From an uncultured Clostridia bacterium (GTDB lineage: Bacteria > Bacillota > Clostridia > Oscillospirales > CAG-272), in the NCBI GenBank assembly GCA_937902275.1, contig CALFNW010000013.1:5782-69781 (forward strand): a DNA stretch of 64,000 bases, in the 5' to 3' direction. The notes under the pieces are model-generated. The model saw nothing but the letters and a program-made list of their open reading frames with translations, was not told where the DNA came from and did not search any database. Below are positions 40,386 to 50,376 of this stretch, piece after piece. Both the position numbers and the translations under genes were made by a program. Position 1 is the first letter of the stretch; every line of letters starts with the position of its first letter.

Positions 40386-41702
40386 TTATTCGCAGACATA
40401 CTCATGCAGCTCGCGAAGCTTGGCAAGCAGGGCGCGCACATATCCGTCCGCTTCGGCTCCGCCGCAGTCAAGATCGGTAAACACGATCGCGATATAAGGC
40501 CTGTCGCCGAGCACTATCGCAGCGTCATGGTAAGCATTTATATCCCAACCGTATTTGTGAAGCACCTTATCCGAACCGAGCACGCTTTTCGCAAGCACCA
40601 GATGAGCCGAATCGCGCATCCACTCGGCAAGCAGGCGCGAATACTCGCCGTTTCCCTGCGTGTACAGGTATATACGCCTGAACATTTCGCCCGCTTCACG
40701 CACCGTCAGATTCATTATGTATCCGTTTGGCGACACGGCGCCGCACTCGCGCGCAAAATCGAAATACGCCTTGCTTCCGAAGCGTTTTTTGATCTGATCA
40801 AATGCAATATTATCGCTGTTTTTTATCGCAAGCTCCATAAGCTCAAGATATGTATACTCGCCGCCGTCCGGCGCATCCTTTAATACGCCCGAGCCGCGCA
40901 CATCCATGGTCGCATGGTCAAGGATTATAGTTTCGGTGAGAGCGTCGAAAGTAAGCGCCGGCTCTTCCGGTTCGCCGTCCTTCTCCGCTCTTTCCATTTC
41001 AAGCAGGATCGCGGTTATAAAAGGGGCTTTCATAACGCTTGCCGCGTCAAACACCTCGTCCCCGCCGAAGGAATATTCATATCCCCCGAGCAGATCAAGA
41101 TAGTATACCGCAACATGAGGCGCTGTTACCTTTGAGTCCTCGATAAGCGCCGAAAGCGGCAGATAACCGACGACCGCACCGTATTTTTCACGAAGCTTTG
41201 CGGTATAGTCGGCACTCGGGGCAAAATAGTGATCGGCTGCCTCGGGATCGGACTCGAGCCGCTTTTCATACTCTTCTTCGTCAAGCTTTACTCTGACAAG
41301 CGGCGCGCCCTTTTGCACAAGCCCGGCTATCGAGTCGGTTATAAGCGCAAGCCCGTCAAGTTCCTTTTTATCGCGCGTCCGCGTATCCAAAAGCACCTCA
41401 AGCCTTTTGATCTCCGATTCAAGCGTTTCGTTTTCAACCGACGCAGCGTTCAGCGCGCTCTGCCAATCACCCGCCGAAACTCTGAGCTTGCGTTCGGTCT
41501 CATCAAGCTTTAAGCGCAGTTCGTCCGCGTTTTTTTTACTCTCATCAAGCTCCGCGTTTACCGAGTTCAACTCGGAGTCCAGCACGTTAAGCTGTTCAAG
41601 CGCCGCGTTTTTGTCCGCAAGCAGGACTATGCTCAGGACCGCCGCAGCCGCAAACAGCACCGCTGTCACCGCGATCACCGCCGTCATAATCTTTTTATTC
41701 AT
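40386..41702 (-). CDS. Membrane-anchored class A beta-lactamase-like serine hydrolase with a coiled-coil linker
   Basis: An N-terminal transmembrane helix, a heptad-like Leu/Glu/Lys region of about 100 aa, then SVMK (SxxK), SDN and KYGW (KTG-like) motifs in the expected order. Confidence 0.65.
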   Translation of the reverse strand: MNKKIMTAVIAVTAVLFAAAAVLSIVLLADKNAALEQLNVLDSELNSVNAELDESKKNADELRLKLDETERKLRVSAGDWQSALNAASVENETLESEIKRLEVLLDTRTRDKKELDGLALITDSIAGLVQKGAPLVRVKLDEEEYEKRLESDPEAADHYFAPSADYTAKLREKYGAVVGYLPLSALIEDSKVTAPHVAVYYLDLLGGYEYSFGGDEVFDAASVMKAPFITAILLEMERAEKDGEPEEPALTFDALTETIILDHATMDVRGSGVLKDAPDGGEYTYLELMELAIKNSDNIAFDQIKKRFGSKAYFDFARECGAVSPNGYIMNLTVREAGEMFRRIYLYTQGNGEYSRLLAEWMRDSAHLVLAKSVLGSDKVLHKYGWDINAYHDAAIVLGDRPYIAIVFTDLDCGGAEADGYVRALLAKLRELHEYVCE

Positions 41703-41729
41703 CTGATATTCTCCGAAACGCCTCAGAAT

Positions 41730-42890
41730 TTATGCTTCAAAGGCTTTCACTCCGTTAACATACACGGTTTTGACGCGAGAGGTAAAATCAAGCGGCTCGC
41801 CGTCATGCAATACAATATCGGCGTCAAGTCCTGCCTTGAGCTGTCCGATCCTTGAGTCAATGCCGAGGATCTTGGCGGGATTGACCGTGATCGCCTCAAG
41901 CGCCTTGTATTTTTCAAGGCCGCTTTTAACGGCGAGCGAAGCGCACAGGGGCAGATATCCGATCGTTGTCACCGGATGGTCGGTGGTTATCCCGAAGCAA
42001 ATGCCGTACTTTGATAAGAGATACGGATTTTCAAAGGTCAGACCGGACAATTCGGGCTTTGAGCGATCGCTCAGATTCGGACCGACAAAAGCGGTAGTGC
42101 CCTCAAGCGCAAGCTCGTCCGCAATTTTGTAGCCCTCAGTGCAATGGAGTATGGTATAGTCAAGCCCGAACTCATGCGCGATACGGATCGCGGTAAATAT
42201 GTCGTCCGCTCTGTGAGCATGGAAGTGCGCCTTGACCGAATGATCGAAAAGCCCGAGCAATGACTCGCTCTTCATGTCGTATTCCGGCTCGTCCGCATCC
42301 TCGTCATTTTCATATTCGGCAAGCTTTTCCTTGTACTTTTTCGCCTTGATAAGCGTTTCTCTGATTATCGCGGCGGTCGCCATGCGGGTCTCGGGACTTT
42401 GATTTTTACCGTGATATACTCCTTTCGGATTCTCCCCGAGCGCAAACTTTATTGCCGTACACGGATTGATGAGCATTTTGTCCACACGCTTACCGAAGGT
42501 CTTGAGCGTGCAGATCTGCCCGCCGATCGGCGCAGCGCTTCCGGGTGAGACCGATACCGCCGTAACGCCGGCTTCGATCGCTTCCTTGAAGTATTCATCC
42601 ATAGGATTGACCGCATCAAGCGCTCTGAGGTGAGGCTCGGAAACTTCGCCGGTCTCATTGCAATCGTCTCCCTCAAAACCGAGTGAGCCTTCGATTATTC
42701 CCATATGAGTATGACCGTCGATAAACCCGGGAGTAGCCGTAAGTCCGCAGGCGTCGATTATTTCATCGGCGTTCGGGTGCTGCCCCGAGCCGACAGCCGT
42801 GATCTTTCCGTTTTCAAATGCAATATATCCGTTTTCCACTATCCGTCTGTCATCCATCGTGTAGATTTTCAGATTTTTGATTACCGTCAT
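41730..42890 (-). CDS. Amidohydrolase family protein (metal-dependent hydrolase)
   Basis: The GFIDGHTH metal-binding motif near the N-terminus and a C-terminal ...D.D.V....P pattern typical of the amidohydrolase superfamily. Confidence 0.75.
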   Translation of the reverse strand: MTVIKNLKIYTMDDRRIVENGYIAFENGKITAVGSGQHPNADEIIDACGLTATPGFIDGHTHMGIIEGSLGFEGDDCNETGEVSEPHLRALDAVNPMDEYFKEAIEAGVTAVSVSPGSAAPIGGQICTLKTFGKRVDKMLINPCTAIKFALGENPKGVYHGKNQSPETRMATAAIIRETLIKAKKYKEKLAEYENDEDADEPEYDMKSESLLGLFDHSVKAHFHAHRADDIFTAIRIAHEFGLDYTILHCTEGYKIADELALEGTTAFVGPNLSDRSKPELSGLTFENPYLLSKYGICFGITTDHPVTTIGYLPLCASLAVKSGLEKYKALEAITVNPAKILGIDSRIGQLKAGLDADIVLHDGEPLDFTSRVKTVYVNGVKAFEA

Positions 42891-42982
42891 AATTTTCTCC
42901 TGTACCGTGTGCGGCGTTATCTTAACAAAAATTTACTGTATACGCAGGCACCGAGCCGCGCATACAGTAAATGATCATACGC

Positions 42983-43270
42983 TCATTTTTCAAGATCGTT
43001 ATAAAAATAAATTTCTTCGGGCCGCGCCAGATTCAGCTTTTCGCGCGCAACTCTCACTATGTATTCCTCGTCGAACGGTTCTTCGCATTTGTTCTTCATT
43101 TCTTCAACCTTGTCGGTATAATATGCGATCTTGCTTTCTTTTTCCTCAAGTTCGCTGCTCAGCGAAGAATATTCCATGTTAAGGCTGACCGCCTCGACGA
43201 TGCAGAAGATCACGACAACGAATATGGCAATTTTCGCAGGAAATATCAGCCTGTTTTTATTCGGATTCAT
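42983..43270 (-). CDS. divIC: Septum formation initiator (DivIC/FtsB family)
   Basis: A small bitopic protein with a transmembrane helix, a coiled coil and the C-terminal EYI...AREKL....P.E motif. Its start overlaps the yabQ stop by 4 nt (ATGA), in the conserved yabP-yabQ-divIC order. Confidence 0.8.
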   Translation of the reverse strand: MNPNKNRLIFPAKIAIFVVVIFCIVEAVSLNMEYSSLSSELEEKESKIAYYTDKVEEMKNKCEEPFDEEYIVRVAREKLNLARPEEIYFYNDLEK

Positions 43271-43926
43271 GACCCTCGCTCCTTTCGTGATCTTCCGTGT
43301 CCGTGCTTGCGCGGCAACTGTGAGCCTTCGGACAGGCTCTCGGACGAAGACTGTGTTTGCGCCTCGGCAAAGCACCCGAAGCCTGAAGCGGCAGACGCCG
43401 CAAGCGCTTGCTCCGTTTTTTGCGAAGCCGCTTTAAACCCCCGCGCCGCGAGCAAACGCGGCAGGAAGCAAATAAGCTTATAATATACAAATACCACCGT
43501 AAGCTTCAGAAAAGCCACTGCGGTTCCCGTCAGCGCCGCACTCAGTCTGCCGAACGTAGCATGATACGCCGCAAATCCGAGCACACAGCCGATATATATG
43601 TGCAGTCTGGGCTGCCCGTAATTAGCGTGAAATAAAAATACCGTCAGAATCACTGCGGCGACAAAACCAAAAAGCATATCTGTCAAAAAGACAACGATAT
43701 CCGCATAACGGCGTTTAAGCTTGCCGTGCCGCGCGGCTGTGCCGCGAAGTTTTTCGGCGGCGCGGTCAAAACAGTTCGATACAACATTTCCCGCACACGC
43801 CGAGTCTCCGGTCGAAAACACCCTGAGCACCCGAAAAACATCGAATAACAGCCCAAGGCAAAGTCCGAGTATCAGCGACAGCAAAAATACATGGATCTGC
43901 TCCGAAAATTCCGCAAAAAAAGCCAC
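43267..43926 (-). CDS. yabQ: Spore cortex biosynthesis protein YabQ
   Basis: Multi-transmembrane protein with the typical N-terminus (...LGL.LG.LFD.FR.LR), placed between yabP and divIC. Confidence 0.75.
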   Translation of the reverse strand: MAFFAEFSEQIHVFLLSLILGLCLGLLFDVFRVLRVFSTGDSACAGNVVSNCFDRAAEKLRGTAARHGKLKRRYADIVVFLTDMLFGFVAAVILTVFLFHANYGQPRLHIYIGCVLGFAAYHATFGRLSAALTGTAVAFLKLTVVFVYYKLICFLPRLLAARGFKAASQKTEQALAASAASGFGCFAEAQTQSSSESLSEGSQLPRKHGHGRSRKERGS

Positions 43927-44196
43927 TTAGCGGAACACTCCCCTAAAAAGACCGTGCTTTTCGGGCTTCGGTTCGTCATACCATACTCCGGTAACACTGC
44001 CTTCGGCTTCAAGCACCCCGGCATCGACGTCAAGCCTTGAAATATGCAGATCTCTCCCGTCAATATTAAGAACGCCCATAACGGTTTTTGCAACTATGCT
44101 CGTATCGTCAAATCCGAGCACGTCGCAAACGCCGCTCACAGACAGGCGCGCTCCGGCGGATATTTTTATTTCATGCTGAATTTTTTCTTGTTCCAT
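43927..44196 (-). CDS. yabP: Sporulation protein YabP
   Basis: H.I.I......L.V.GV..V..FD...I...T..G.L.I.G..LHI..L pattern. The ATG at 44196 was chosen over the longer ORF. Confidence 0.8.
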   Translation of the reverse strand: MEQEKIQHEIKISAGARLSVSGVCDVLGFDDTSIVAKTVMGVLNIDGRDLHISRLDVDAGVLEAEGSVTGVWYDEPKPEKHGLFRGVFR

Positions 44197-44261
44197 AAAC
44201 AAACACTCCCCTGCCATACAACAAGCGTACACTACATTGTATGGCAAGGTCTGCGTGTTTA

Positions 44262-44501
44262 TTACAATACCTCATAAAGAGAGGCGGCGTCGCTTTTGGC
44301 GACAGTGTCACGGACGTCAAGCACTCTTACTTTAAGCGTTTTTTCGCCGAAAGTAATCTCAACGACATCTCCCGTATTTACGTCATACGACGCTTTTGCG
44401 CGCCGTCCGTTTACCGTGACATGGTCGGTATCGCAGGCGTCATTTGCGACCGTTCGCCTTTTGATTATTCGCGATACCTTAAGGAATTTGTCAAGACGCA
44501 T
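44262..44501 (-). CDS. S4-domain RNA-binding protein (YabO/Hsp15-like)
   Basis: MRLDKFLKVSRIIKRRT.A......V.VNG...K.S..V..GD. Confidence 0.85.
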   Translation of the reverse strand: MRLDKFLKVSRIIKRRTVANDACDTDHVTVNGRRAKASYDVNTGDVVEITFGEKTLKVRVLDVRDTVAKSDAASLYEVL

Positions 44502-44507
44502 TTTAAC

Positions 44508-44783
44508 TTATTTGTTTACCTTGGTCTTGAGAGAAGTGCTTGCAGCAAAAGCAACGCTCTTGGACGCGGCGATCATAATGGTCTCGCCGTTACGCGGGTT
44601 GCGGCCCTTGCGTGCCTGTCTCTCCTTGACATCAAATGTACCGAATCCGACGAGCTGTACCTTTTCTCCGTCGGCAAGCGCCTTTTCGATCGCTTCGATA
44701 ACTGCGTTAACAGCCTTTTCGCTCTCGACCTTCTTGAGCCCTGCGTTCTGTGCAACTGTTTCAATAAGTTCTGTCTTGTTCAT
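44508..44783 (-). CDS. hup: HU family DNA-binding protein
   Basis: MNKTELI..VA...GL.K...E.AV.A........L..GEKVQL.GFGTF.V.ER.AR.GRNP..GE.I.I. Confidence 0.95.
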   Translation of the reverse strand: MNKTELIETVAQNAGLKKVESEKAVNAVIEAIEKALADGEKVQLVGFGTFDVKERQARKGRNPRNGETIMIAASKSVAFAASTSLKTKVNK

Positions 44784-44845
44784 TTTCTTTTACCTTTCTG
44801 TTATTATGATAATTGACAAAACCGTATGCTACGGTAACATTATTA

Positions 44846-44874
44846 TATCATCAATTTAACGTCATATCAAGAGT
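44846..44874 (-). promoter_or_regulatory. Sigma-A type promoter of hup
   Basis: On the minus strand: TTGATA, a 17-nt spacer, then TATAAT, about 60 nt upstream of the hup start. Confidence 0.5.
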
Positions 44875-44919
44875 ATTTACGGATTTTTTTATTAAAAATC
44901 CACGATTTTTCAATTTTTC

Positions 44920-45594
44920 TCAGCATTTTTCGGCATTTTTTACCAAATCGTCGCATTTTTCAGCCAAAAGTTCTTCGGTATCAAGTCCGCGCTCTGCCGC
45001 AGCGGCGCATACATCAAGCAAAATTTCCGACAATTCCGCGTCCGAACAAGCAAAAAAACGATCGGAGAGCTTGATTTCAAACCCGTATTTCCGTGCTTTG
45101 GAGATCAGCTTCTGCGCACGCATCAGCGACGGCAGTGCGCATGACACGCCGCGCATCGCATCGTATGCGTCCGCATACCCTTTTTCACGGCGTTTAAGCT
45201 GCTCCCACATATCAAGCGCGTCATCCGCATTTTTGCCTTCGGCAGCGGCAACGTCGCCGAAAATATGCGGGTGACGATATACTAGCTTCCGGCAGATACC
45301 GCTCGTTACATCATCTATAGTAAATCTTGCGCGTTCCTTTTCCAGCTGCGCGTGGAACACCACCTGCAAAAGCAGGTCTCCGAGCTCCTCGCACATATGT
45401 GCGGCGTCATCGTTATCAATAGTCTCGCAAACTTCGTAAGCTTCCTCAAGCAGATTCTTACGGATGCTTTTGTGATCCTGCGCCCGGTCCCACGGACACC
45501 CGTCCGGCGAGCGCAGCAGCTCTGTCAATCCGCACAGGTCATCGAAGCTGTATTCCGATCTGTTTTTGAATTTTTCCGCGTCTTTTCGTTCCAT
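44920..45594 (-). CDS. mazG: MazG nucleoside triphosphate pyrophosphohydrolase
   Basis: L...L.....GCPWD..Q.H.S....L.EE.YE and EELGD.LLQVVFH motifs. Confidence 0.9.
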   Translation of the reverse strand: MERKDAEKFKNRSEYSFDDLCGLTELLRSPDGCPWDRAQDHKSIRKNLLEEAYEVCETIDNDDAAHMCEELGDLLLQVVFHAQLEKERARFTIDDVTSGICRKLVYRHPHIFGDVAAAEGKNADDALDMWEQLKRREKGYADAYDAMRGVSCALPSLMRAQKLISKARKYGFEIKLSDRFFACSDAELSEILLDVCAAAAERGLDTEELLAEKCDDLVKNAEKC

Positions 45595-45615
45595 TTTGCG
45601 TTTTCCTCACTCTGC

Positions 45616-47229
45616 TTATCTTTTTACCGCATGGAGCTTTTCAAGCACCGTAAGTATTTTGCCGCTTTTCGGCAAGATCATTATATCCTCGACCTCAAGC
45701 AGTCTGAAACACAACACTGCCGCAATATATACCGCCGCCGCCGCGACGATCGCGATCAGGGTCGAAAGCTTCATGCCTATAATGCCCGAGAGCAGGTGAT
45801 ATGAAAGCATCGCGGTCACACCGCACAGCGCCCCCGCTGCCGCGGGCTTCAGATACACGTCCGCAACCGACGGCACTACGCCGAGTTTCTTTGCGACAAA
45901 TACCATATTTATCGCTACTATTGTAAGATAACACAAAAACGTGCTTATCGGAGTGCCGTATTTGCCGAATAACGGGATCAGGATCAGACTTCCGGCAAGC
46001 TTGACAAGCGCTCCCGATGCCATTGATATTATAGGAAGCTTTTCATGCGACGACGCCTGAAGCAGGGCATTTGTCATTGCAAGCATACATACAAAGTATA
46101 TCGACACTGACAGCGCCGAAAGCATGCCCGCACCGTTTTCGACCATTTCCCTTGAGAAAAACATTGATAATATAGGATAAGACAGCACGCCGAGCCCCAC
46201 CGAGCACGGCAGTGCGATCAATGAAGTCATTTTAAGCGAGGAGCGCATATATCCCCTTGCGGCGTCAGCCTCGTGCCTTGCAAAGGCCGCGCTGATCATA
46301 GGCACTACCGAGTATGTTATCGAATATATAAGCACGGGCGGCAGATTGAACATCGGAACGGCAAGCGAGGTATAATTGCCGTATACCTTGACCGCCTCCG
46401 CATTGGTGAGTCCGAACTTCATAAGCCCGTTTGTCATAAACAGCGTGTCGAATATACTCGTCAGGCTCATGACCGAAGAGCTTATCGTTATCGGCAATGC
46501 GATCGAAATAAGCCTTGTAGCGATCTTGCGCGACGGAAGCACCTCAAGCTCATCTCCGTCAAGGCGCGAATACTCTCCGTTATACTTGTTCTCGTTGAAT
46601 ACAAATTTTGAAAGGCAGAGAAACAGAAAACCGGCAGCTACTCCGATCGCAATGCCGAGCAATGCGTATGCCGCAACCTCCTCCACGGTCATACCGAGAG
46701 AAAGCGTGTATTTGGCAATAGCGATACCGATAAACAGCTTGCCGAGCGCTTCCATCAGTTGAGATACCGCCGTCGGAAGCATGATCTGATACCCCTGAAA
46801 ATATCCGCGCAATGCGCTCGACATACAGCTGAAAAAGAGCGACGGCGCAATCGCCATTATGCAGATCGCCGCTTCGGGCACCGAGATCGCTTCCGCAAGC
46901 CATTTTGCGCCGAACACCATCATCAATGTACCGACAAGTCCGATCGCGAAAAACAGAACAAGCACCGTTCTGACGATAATTTTTATCTGCTTGATATTTG
47001 CGCGCGCACGGCTTTCGGATACAAGCATCGAAACCGCCACCGAAAGCCCGGCAGTGGTAAGCATATAAAACCATGCATAGATCGTGTACGCGGCATTGAA
47101 ATACCCCATACCGATCTCGCCGAGCAGGTGCGTCAGCGGTATTTTGAACAGAAGTCCGGTCGCTTTTACAAGCATATTTGAAAATGCAAGCAGCAGTACC
47201 CCGGTAAAAAATCTCTTTTGTGTAGTCAT
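45616..47229 (-). CDS. MOP-superfamily flippase (SpoVB/MurJ/YabM-like polysaccharide biosynthesis protein)
   Basis: About 14 transmembrane segments and the N-terminal F...L.L......VK..G...KIPL...LG..G.G.F pattern, in the conserved position upstream of mazG. The ATG at 47229 has an AAAGG SD. Confidence 0.8.
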   Translation of the reverse strand: MTTQKRFFTGVLLLAFSNMLVKATGLLFKIPLTHLLGEIGMGYFNAAYTIYAWFYMLTTAGLSVAVSMLVSESRARANIKQIKIIVRTVLVLFFAIGLVGTLMMVFGAKWLAEAISVPEAAICIMAIAPSLFFSCMSSALRGYFQGYQIMLPTAVSQLMEALGKLFIGIAIAKYTLSLGMTVEEVAAYALLGIAIGVAAGFLFLCLSKFVFNENKYNGEYSRLDGDELEVLPSRKIATRLISIALPITISSSVMSLTSIFDTLFMTNGLMKFGLTNAEAVKVYGNYTSLAVPMFNLPPVLIYSITYSVVPMISAAFARHEADAARGYMRSSLKMTSLIALPCSVGLGVLSYPILSMFFSREMVENGAGMLSALSVSIYFVCMLAMTNALLQASSHEKLPIISMASGALVKLAGSLILIPLFGKYGTPISTFLCYLTIVAINMVFVAKKLGVVPSVADVYLKPAAAGALCGVTAMLSYHLLSGIIGMKLSTLIAIVAAAAVYIAAVLCFRLLEVEDIMILPKSGKILTVLEKLHAVKR

Positions 47230-47262
47230 TATTCTGCCTTTCAAAGTGTTTTGAGTGACCGC

Positions 47263-48153
47263 TCAGTGACCGATAAATTCTCTGAAAAGCGAGTCGTTCG
47301 GCACTAATGCGTCGGAGATAGGCTCAAGATCGAGCATCAGCTCCCTTAACTCCGATACAAGCCCGGCGTGCGCCGTGCCGCGCATCTCGGAGATCGCTTT
47401 CAAAAGCGGGTCGCGTATTGCCGAAAGCTCATACCCGAGCAAGGAATCAAGCTTGATATCGCAAAGTTCTTTGAACGGAATTATCGAGCTTTGCTCGTTT
47501 TTTCTCACTCCGTCCCAGACTTCAAGAGTTGTCTCAACATCAATGTTGCGCGCGATTTTATCGCGGACCAGACGCCGTATGAGCCTGATCCGCTCCGGCT
47601 CGACCTTGATCTTCCCGTCGCACAGCGAATCCTCTACACTGATATATATGCTTGCTTTTTTATATTTATCAAAAAGCGACCGCACTTCGGGATATAATGC
47701 CTGTATACCCTCAAAAAGAATGACCGTATCGGCTTTCCGCGATATTTTGCGATAGCCGCACCTTGAAAGCGTTCTAAAATCATAGATCGGAATATCTGCC
47801 TCGCCGTCGCGGTCAAGCGTTTCCGTCACCTTCTCAAGCAATTCAAGATCTATTGTATGGATAGAATCGAAATCATCTTTGTATTTCGGATCAATCTTGG
47901 CGCGGTCAATATAAAAATCATCCACCGATACCGGTATTATGCGTCTCCCCGCCGCGGCGAAACGCGCCTCAAGCTTGGCGGCGGCGGTCGTCTTACCCGA
48001 ACAGGTCGGTCCCGAGAGAGTAACAAATTCAAGCCCCTCGTATTCAAGCAGTCTGCCTGCAGCCTCATCTATCTTCAGTTCAAAATCCCGTTCGCATTTA
48101 TCAACGTAATCCGCTTTGGCTTTTTCGTTTTCAAAGCTTTTGATAAGTTTCAT
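47263..48153 (-). CDS. Uridine kinase-like P-loop nucleoside kinase family protein
   Basis: P-loop SGPTCSGKTT followed by VSVDDFY, as in the uridine kinase/phosphoribulokinase family. Confidence 0.6.
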   Translation of the reverse strand: MKLIKSFENEKAKADYVDKCERDFELKIDEAAGRLLEYEGLEFVTLSGPTCSGKTTAAAKLEARFAAAGRRIIPVSVDDFYIDRAKIDPKYKDDFDSIHTIDLELLEKVTETLDRDGEADIPIYDFRTLSRCGYRKISRKADTVILFEGIQALYPEVRSLFDKYKKASIYISVEDSLCDGKIKVEPERIRLIRRLVRDKIARNIDVETTLEVWDGVRKNEQSSIIPFKELCDIKLDSLLGYELSAIRDPLLKAISEMRGTAHAGLVSELRELMLDLEPISDALVPNDSLFREFIGH

Positions 48154-48183
48154 GAATTTCCCTCCCGCCGATCCGGAGGGCGC

Positions 48184-49677
48184 TCATTTCTCACCAAAGA
48201 ACCGCCCTGCCGCCTGCTCTAAGCGCAGATCGTCATCAAATTCATTCTGACGCAGATATTCAAACGGATATTTCGGTTCAAACACACGCTCGATCTGCTT
48301 GATCCCTGCGTCATTATATTTTACGAACTTGGTGACGGCTCCGGCACCCACCGCAAATATTGTGTGATTTTCTTCCATTATCAATACATTATATATTCCT
48401 GCATGGCCCTCAAGCGTAAAGCCCACGTTTTCAAGATTGCCGACCGTGTTTTTCTGACGGTACATATAATACGGCAGATATCCCGAGATCTTCATGCGAA
48501 GTTGGGAATAATCCACGCTTTTTTCGGTCTCGCGGCTTTTTCTGCGGTATATTCCGGGTTCGGTCTGTCTGAACTCGGCGGATTTTTTTACGCAGAATGT
48601 ATGTACGGTCACGTTTTCCGGCTCAAGCGCGAGCACTCCGTCAATCGATTTGGAAAAACTCGGGTAGCTCTCGCCGGGCAGTCCGGCAATAAGATCGCAG
48701 TTGATCGTACCTATCCCGGCGCGGCGCGCCGATTCAAATGCGGCAAAAAAATCCGCCGAGGTGTGCCGTCTGCCTATGTTATCGAGAATATTGTCATTAA
48801 GTGTTTGCGGATTCACGCTCACCCTTGTGACTCCGAACGCCTTGGCAATCATCATTTTCTCATCGGTAACGGTATCGGGTCTGCCCGATTCAAGCGTAAA
48901 CTCGTCAAGCTTTGAAACATCAAAGCAGGCGTTCACGGTCGAAAGCAAGAGCTTTAGCTGGTCATCGTCAAGTATCGTCGGCGTGCCTCCGCCGATATAT
49001 ATCGTCACAAGCCTCATACCGAGTCTTTTGATACGCTGCGCCGTACGTTCTATATCACGGCAGAGCCGTCCGAGATATTCGGGAATGAGCGACTTCAACC
49101 GCTCGGTCGAATATGAAACGAAGCTGCAATATGCACAGCGCGTCGGGCAGAACGGGATCGAAATGTAAAGACTGCAGGTATCCATTCCGTAGCGTTCAAG
49201 CACCGCCTGTTCGTTTTGCGCGACATCAATGCAAAGCGTTGCTTTTTTGGGATTAACGAGATATTCCTTCCTGAGAATTTTTCTCACGGCAAAAGGCGTT
49301 TTCCCCGTCATAAGAAGCTCGCGCACCAGCTTTGCCGGACGTATGCCCACGAGCATACCGAAGCTCGGAGTAACACCGGTCAGCTTTTTGCCGGCTTCGC
49401 AAATTGCATATCCGCAGGCAAGCTTGACGGTACGTTCAAGACCGTTTGCGGCAAACTCAAGCTCGCTTATTCCGGTTTCGGAAGAAATGCCGTCGTTCAG
49501 CACGGCGTCCACTCTGATACGCCCATCAGACTTTGCGACATTCAGCTCAAGCCGCGGTTCATTCGTCTCGCTTTCCTTATCGGAAAATTTCTCTCCGGGG
49601 AAAAACAGCATACATAATGACTGAATATAATACCTGTTTACCGGCAGATCGCCGTTAATCCTGATCTTCATTTTCAA
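48184..49677 (-). CDS. hemZ: Radical SAM coproporphyrinogen dehydrogenase-like protein HemZ
   Basis: A CPTRCAYCSF radical-SAM cluster motif, a long N-terminal HemZ-type extension and a HemN-like C-terminal domain. Confidence 0.8.
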   Translation of the reverse strand: MKMKIRINGDLPVNRYYIQSLCMLFFPGEKFSDKESETNEPRLELNVAKSDGRIRVDAVLNDGISSETGISELEFAANGLERTVKLACGYAICEAGKKLTGVTPSFGMLVGIRPAKLVRELLMTGKTPFAVRKILRKEYLVNPKKATLCIDVAQNEQAVLERYGMDTCSLYISIPFCPTRCAYCSFVSYSTERLKSLIPEYLGRLCRDIERTAQRIKRLGMRLVTIYIGGGTPTILDDDQLKLLLSTVNACFDVSKLDEFTLESGRPDTVTDEKMMIAKAFGVTRVSVNPQTLNDNILDNIGRRHTSADFFAAFESARRAGIGTINCDLIAGLPGESYPSFSKSIDGVLALEPENVTVHTFCVKKSAEFRQTEPGIYRRKSRETEKSVDYSQLRMKISGYLPYYMYRQKNTVGNLENVGFTLEGHAGIYNVLIMEENHTIFAVGAGAVTKFVKYNDAGIKQIERVFEPKYPFEYLRQNEFDDDLRLEQAAGRFFGEK

Positions 49678-49730
49678 AAGTGCCGCGCCGCTTCGGCTCC
49701 GGCATCCTTTCCGTTTTTATATTTCGGTCG

Positions 49731-50183
49731 TCATTTGCGTAAGACCGCACTGTCGCAAACGATAGTTACGGGACCGTCGTTTGTAAGCGACAGCTTCATA
49801 TCGGCGCCAAACACGCCGGACTCGACCTTGCCGAGCCTTTCACGCAATAGTTGTTTGAAATACTCATAAAGGCTTTCGGCGCGCTCGGGAGCGGCGCCGT
49901 CAAAATAGTCGGGACGGTTGCCTTTTTTATAATTGGCATTAAGAGTAAAATTTGAAACGACGAGCAACTCTCCGCCCACATCGCAAAGCGAAAGATTCAG
50001 CTTTCCGTTCTCGTCGGAAAATATTCTCATCTTGATTATTTTGTCGCATAAAAGCAAAGCGTCGGCTTCGGTGTCGTCACCCGCGACTCCGAGCAACACC
50101 GCAAGTCCGTTTCCGATCTTTCCGACACTTTTGCCGTCGATCGTCACTTCTGCCTGCGACACACGTTGTAATACCGCTTTCAT
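49731..50183 (-). CDS. dtd: D-aminoacyl-tRNA deacylase
   Basis: MKAVLQRV...V.........G.G...LLG....D and the SNFTL and GNRP motifs. Confidence 0.95.
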   Translation of the reverse strand: MKAVLQRVSQAEVTIDGKSVGKIGNGLAVLLGVAGDDTEADALLLCDKIIKMRIFSDENGKLNLSLCDVGGELLVVSNFTLNANYKKGNRPDYFDGAAPERAESLYEYFKQLLRERLGKVESGVFGADMKLSLTNDGPVTIVCDSAVLRK

Positions 50184-50192
50184 ATAGATCAC

Positions 50193-50357
50193 TCATGTCG
50201 GCGGAGCCGACTCAAAAAAAACGATCGGTAATTTCAGACGGGGCTTTCGGGTATGCGGACTTGAAGCCGCAGTACGACTGCGGGACCTTATGCTTGGACA
50301 ATGATGCCGCTCGTCTGTTTGCAGAAAATTAAGCGAAGAAGGCTTAACGCTTCACAC
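50193..50357 (-). repeat. Leader repeat family, copy E, in the relA-dtd spacer
   Basis: On the minus strand: GTGAAGCG...TCGCTT hairpin, AATTTTCTG, a long variable middle, then AAATTACCGATCGTTTTTTTTGAG-GTCGGCtccGCCGAC-ATGAGTGATCTAT-ATG. Confidence 0.6.
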
Positions 50358-50376
50358 AGACCGCGCCCGCACCGTC

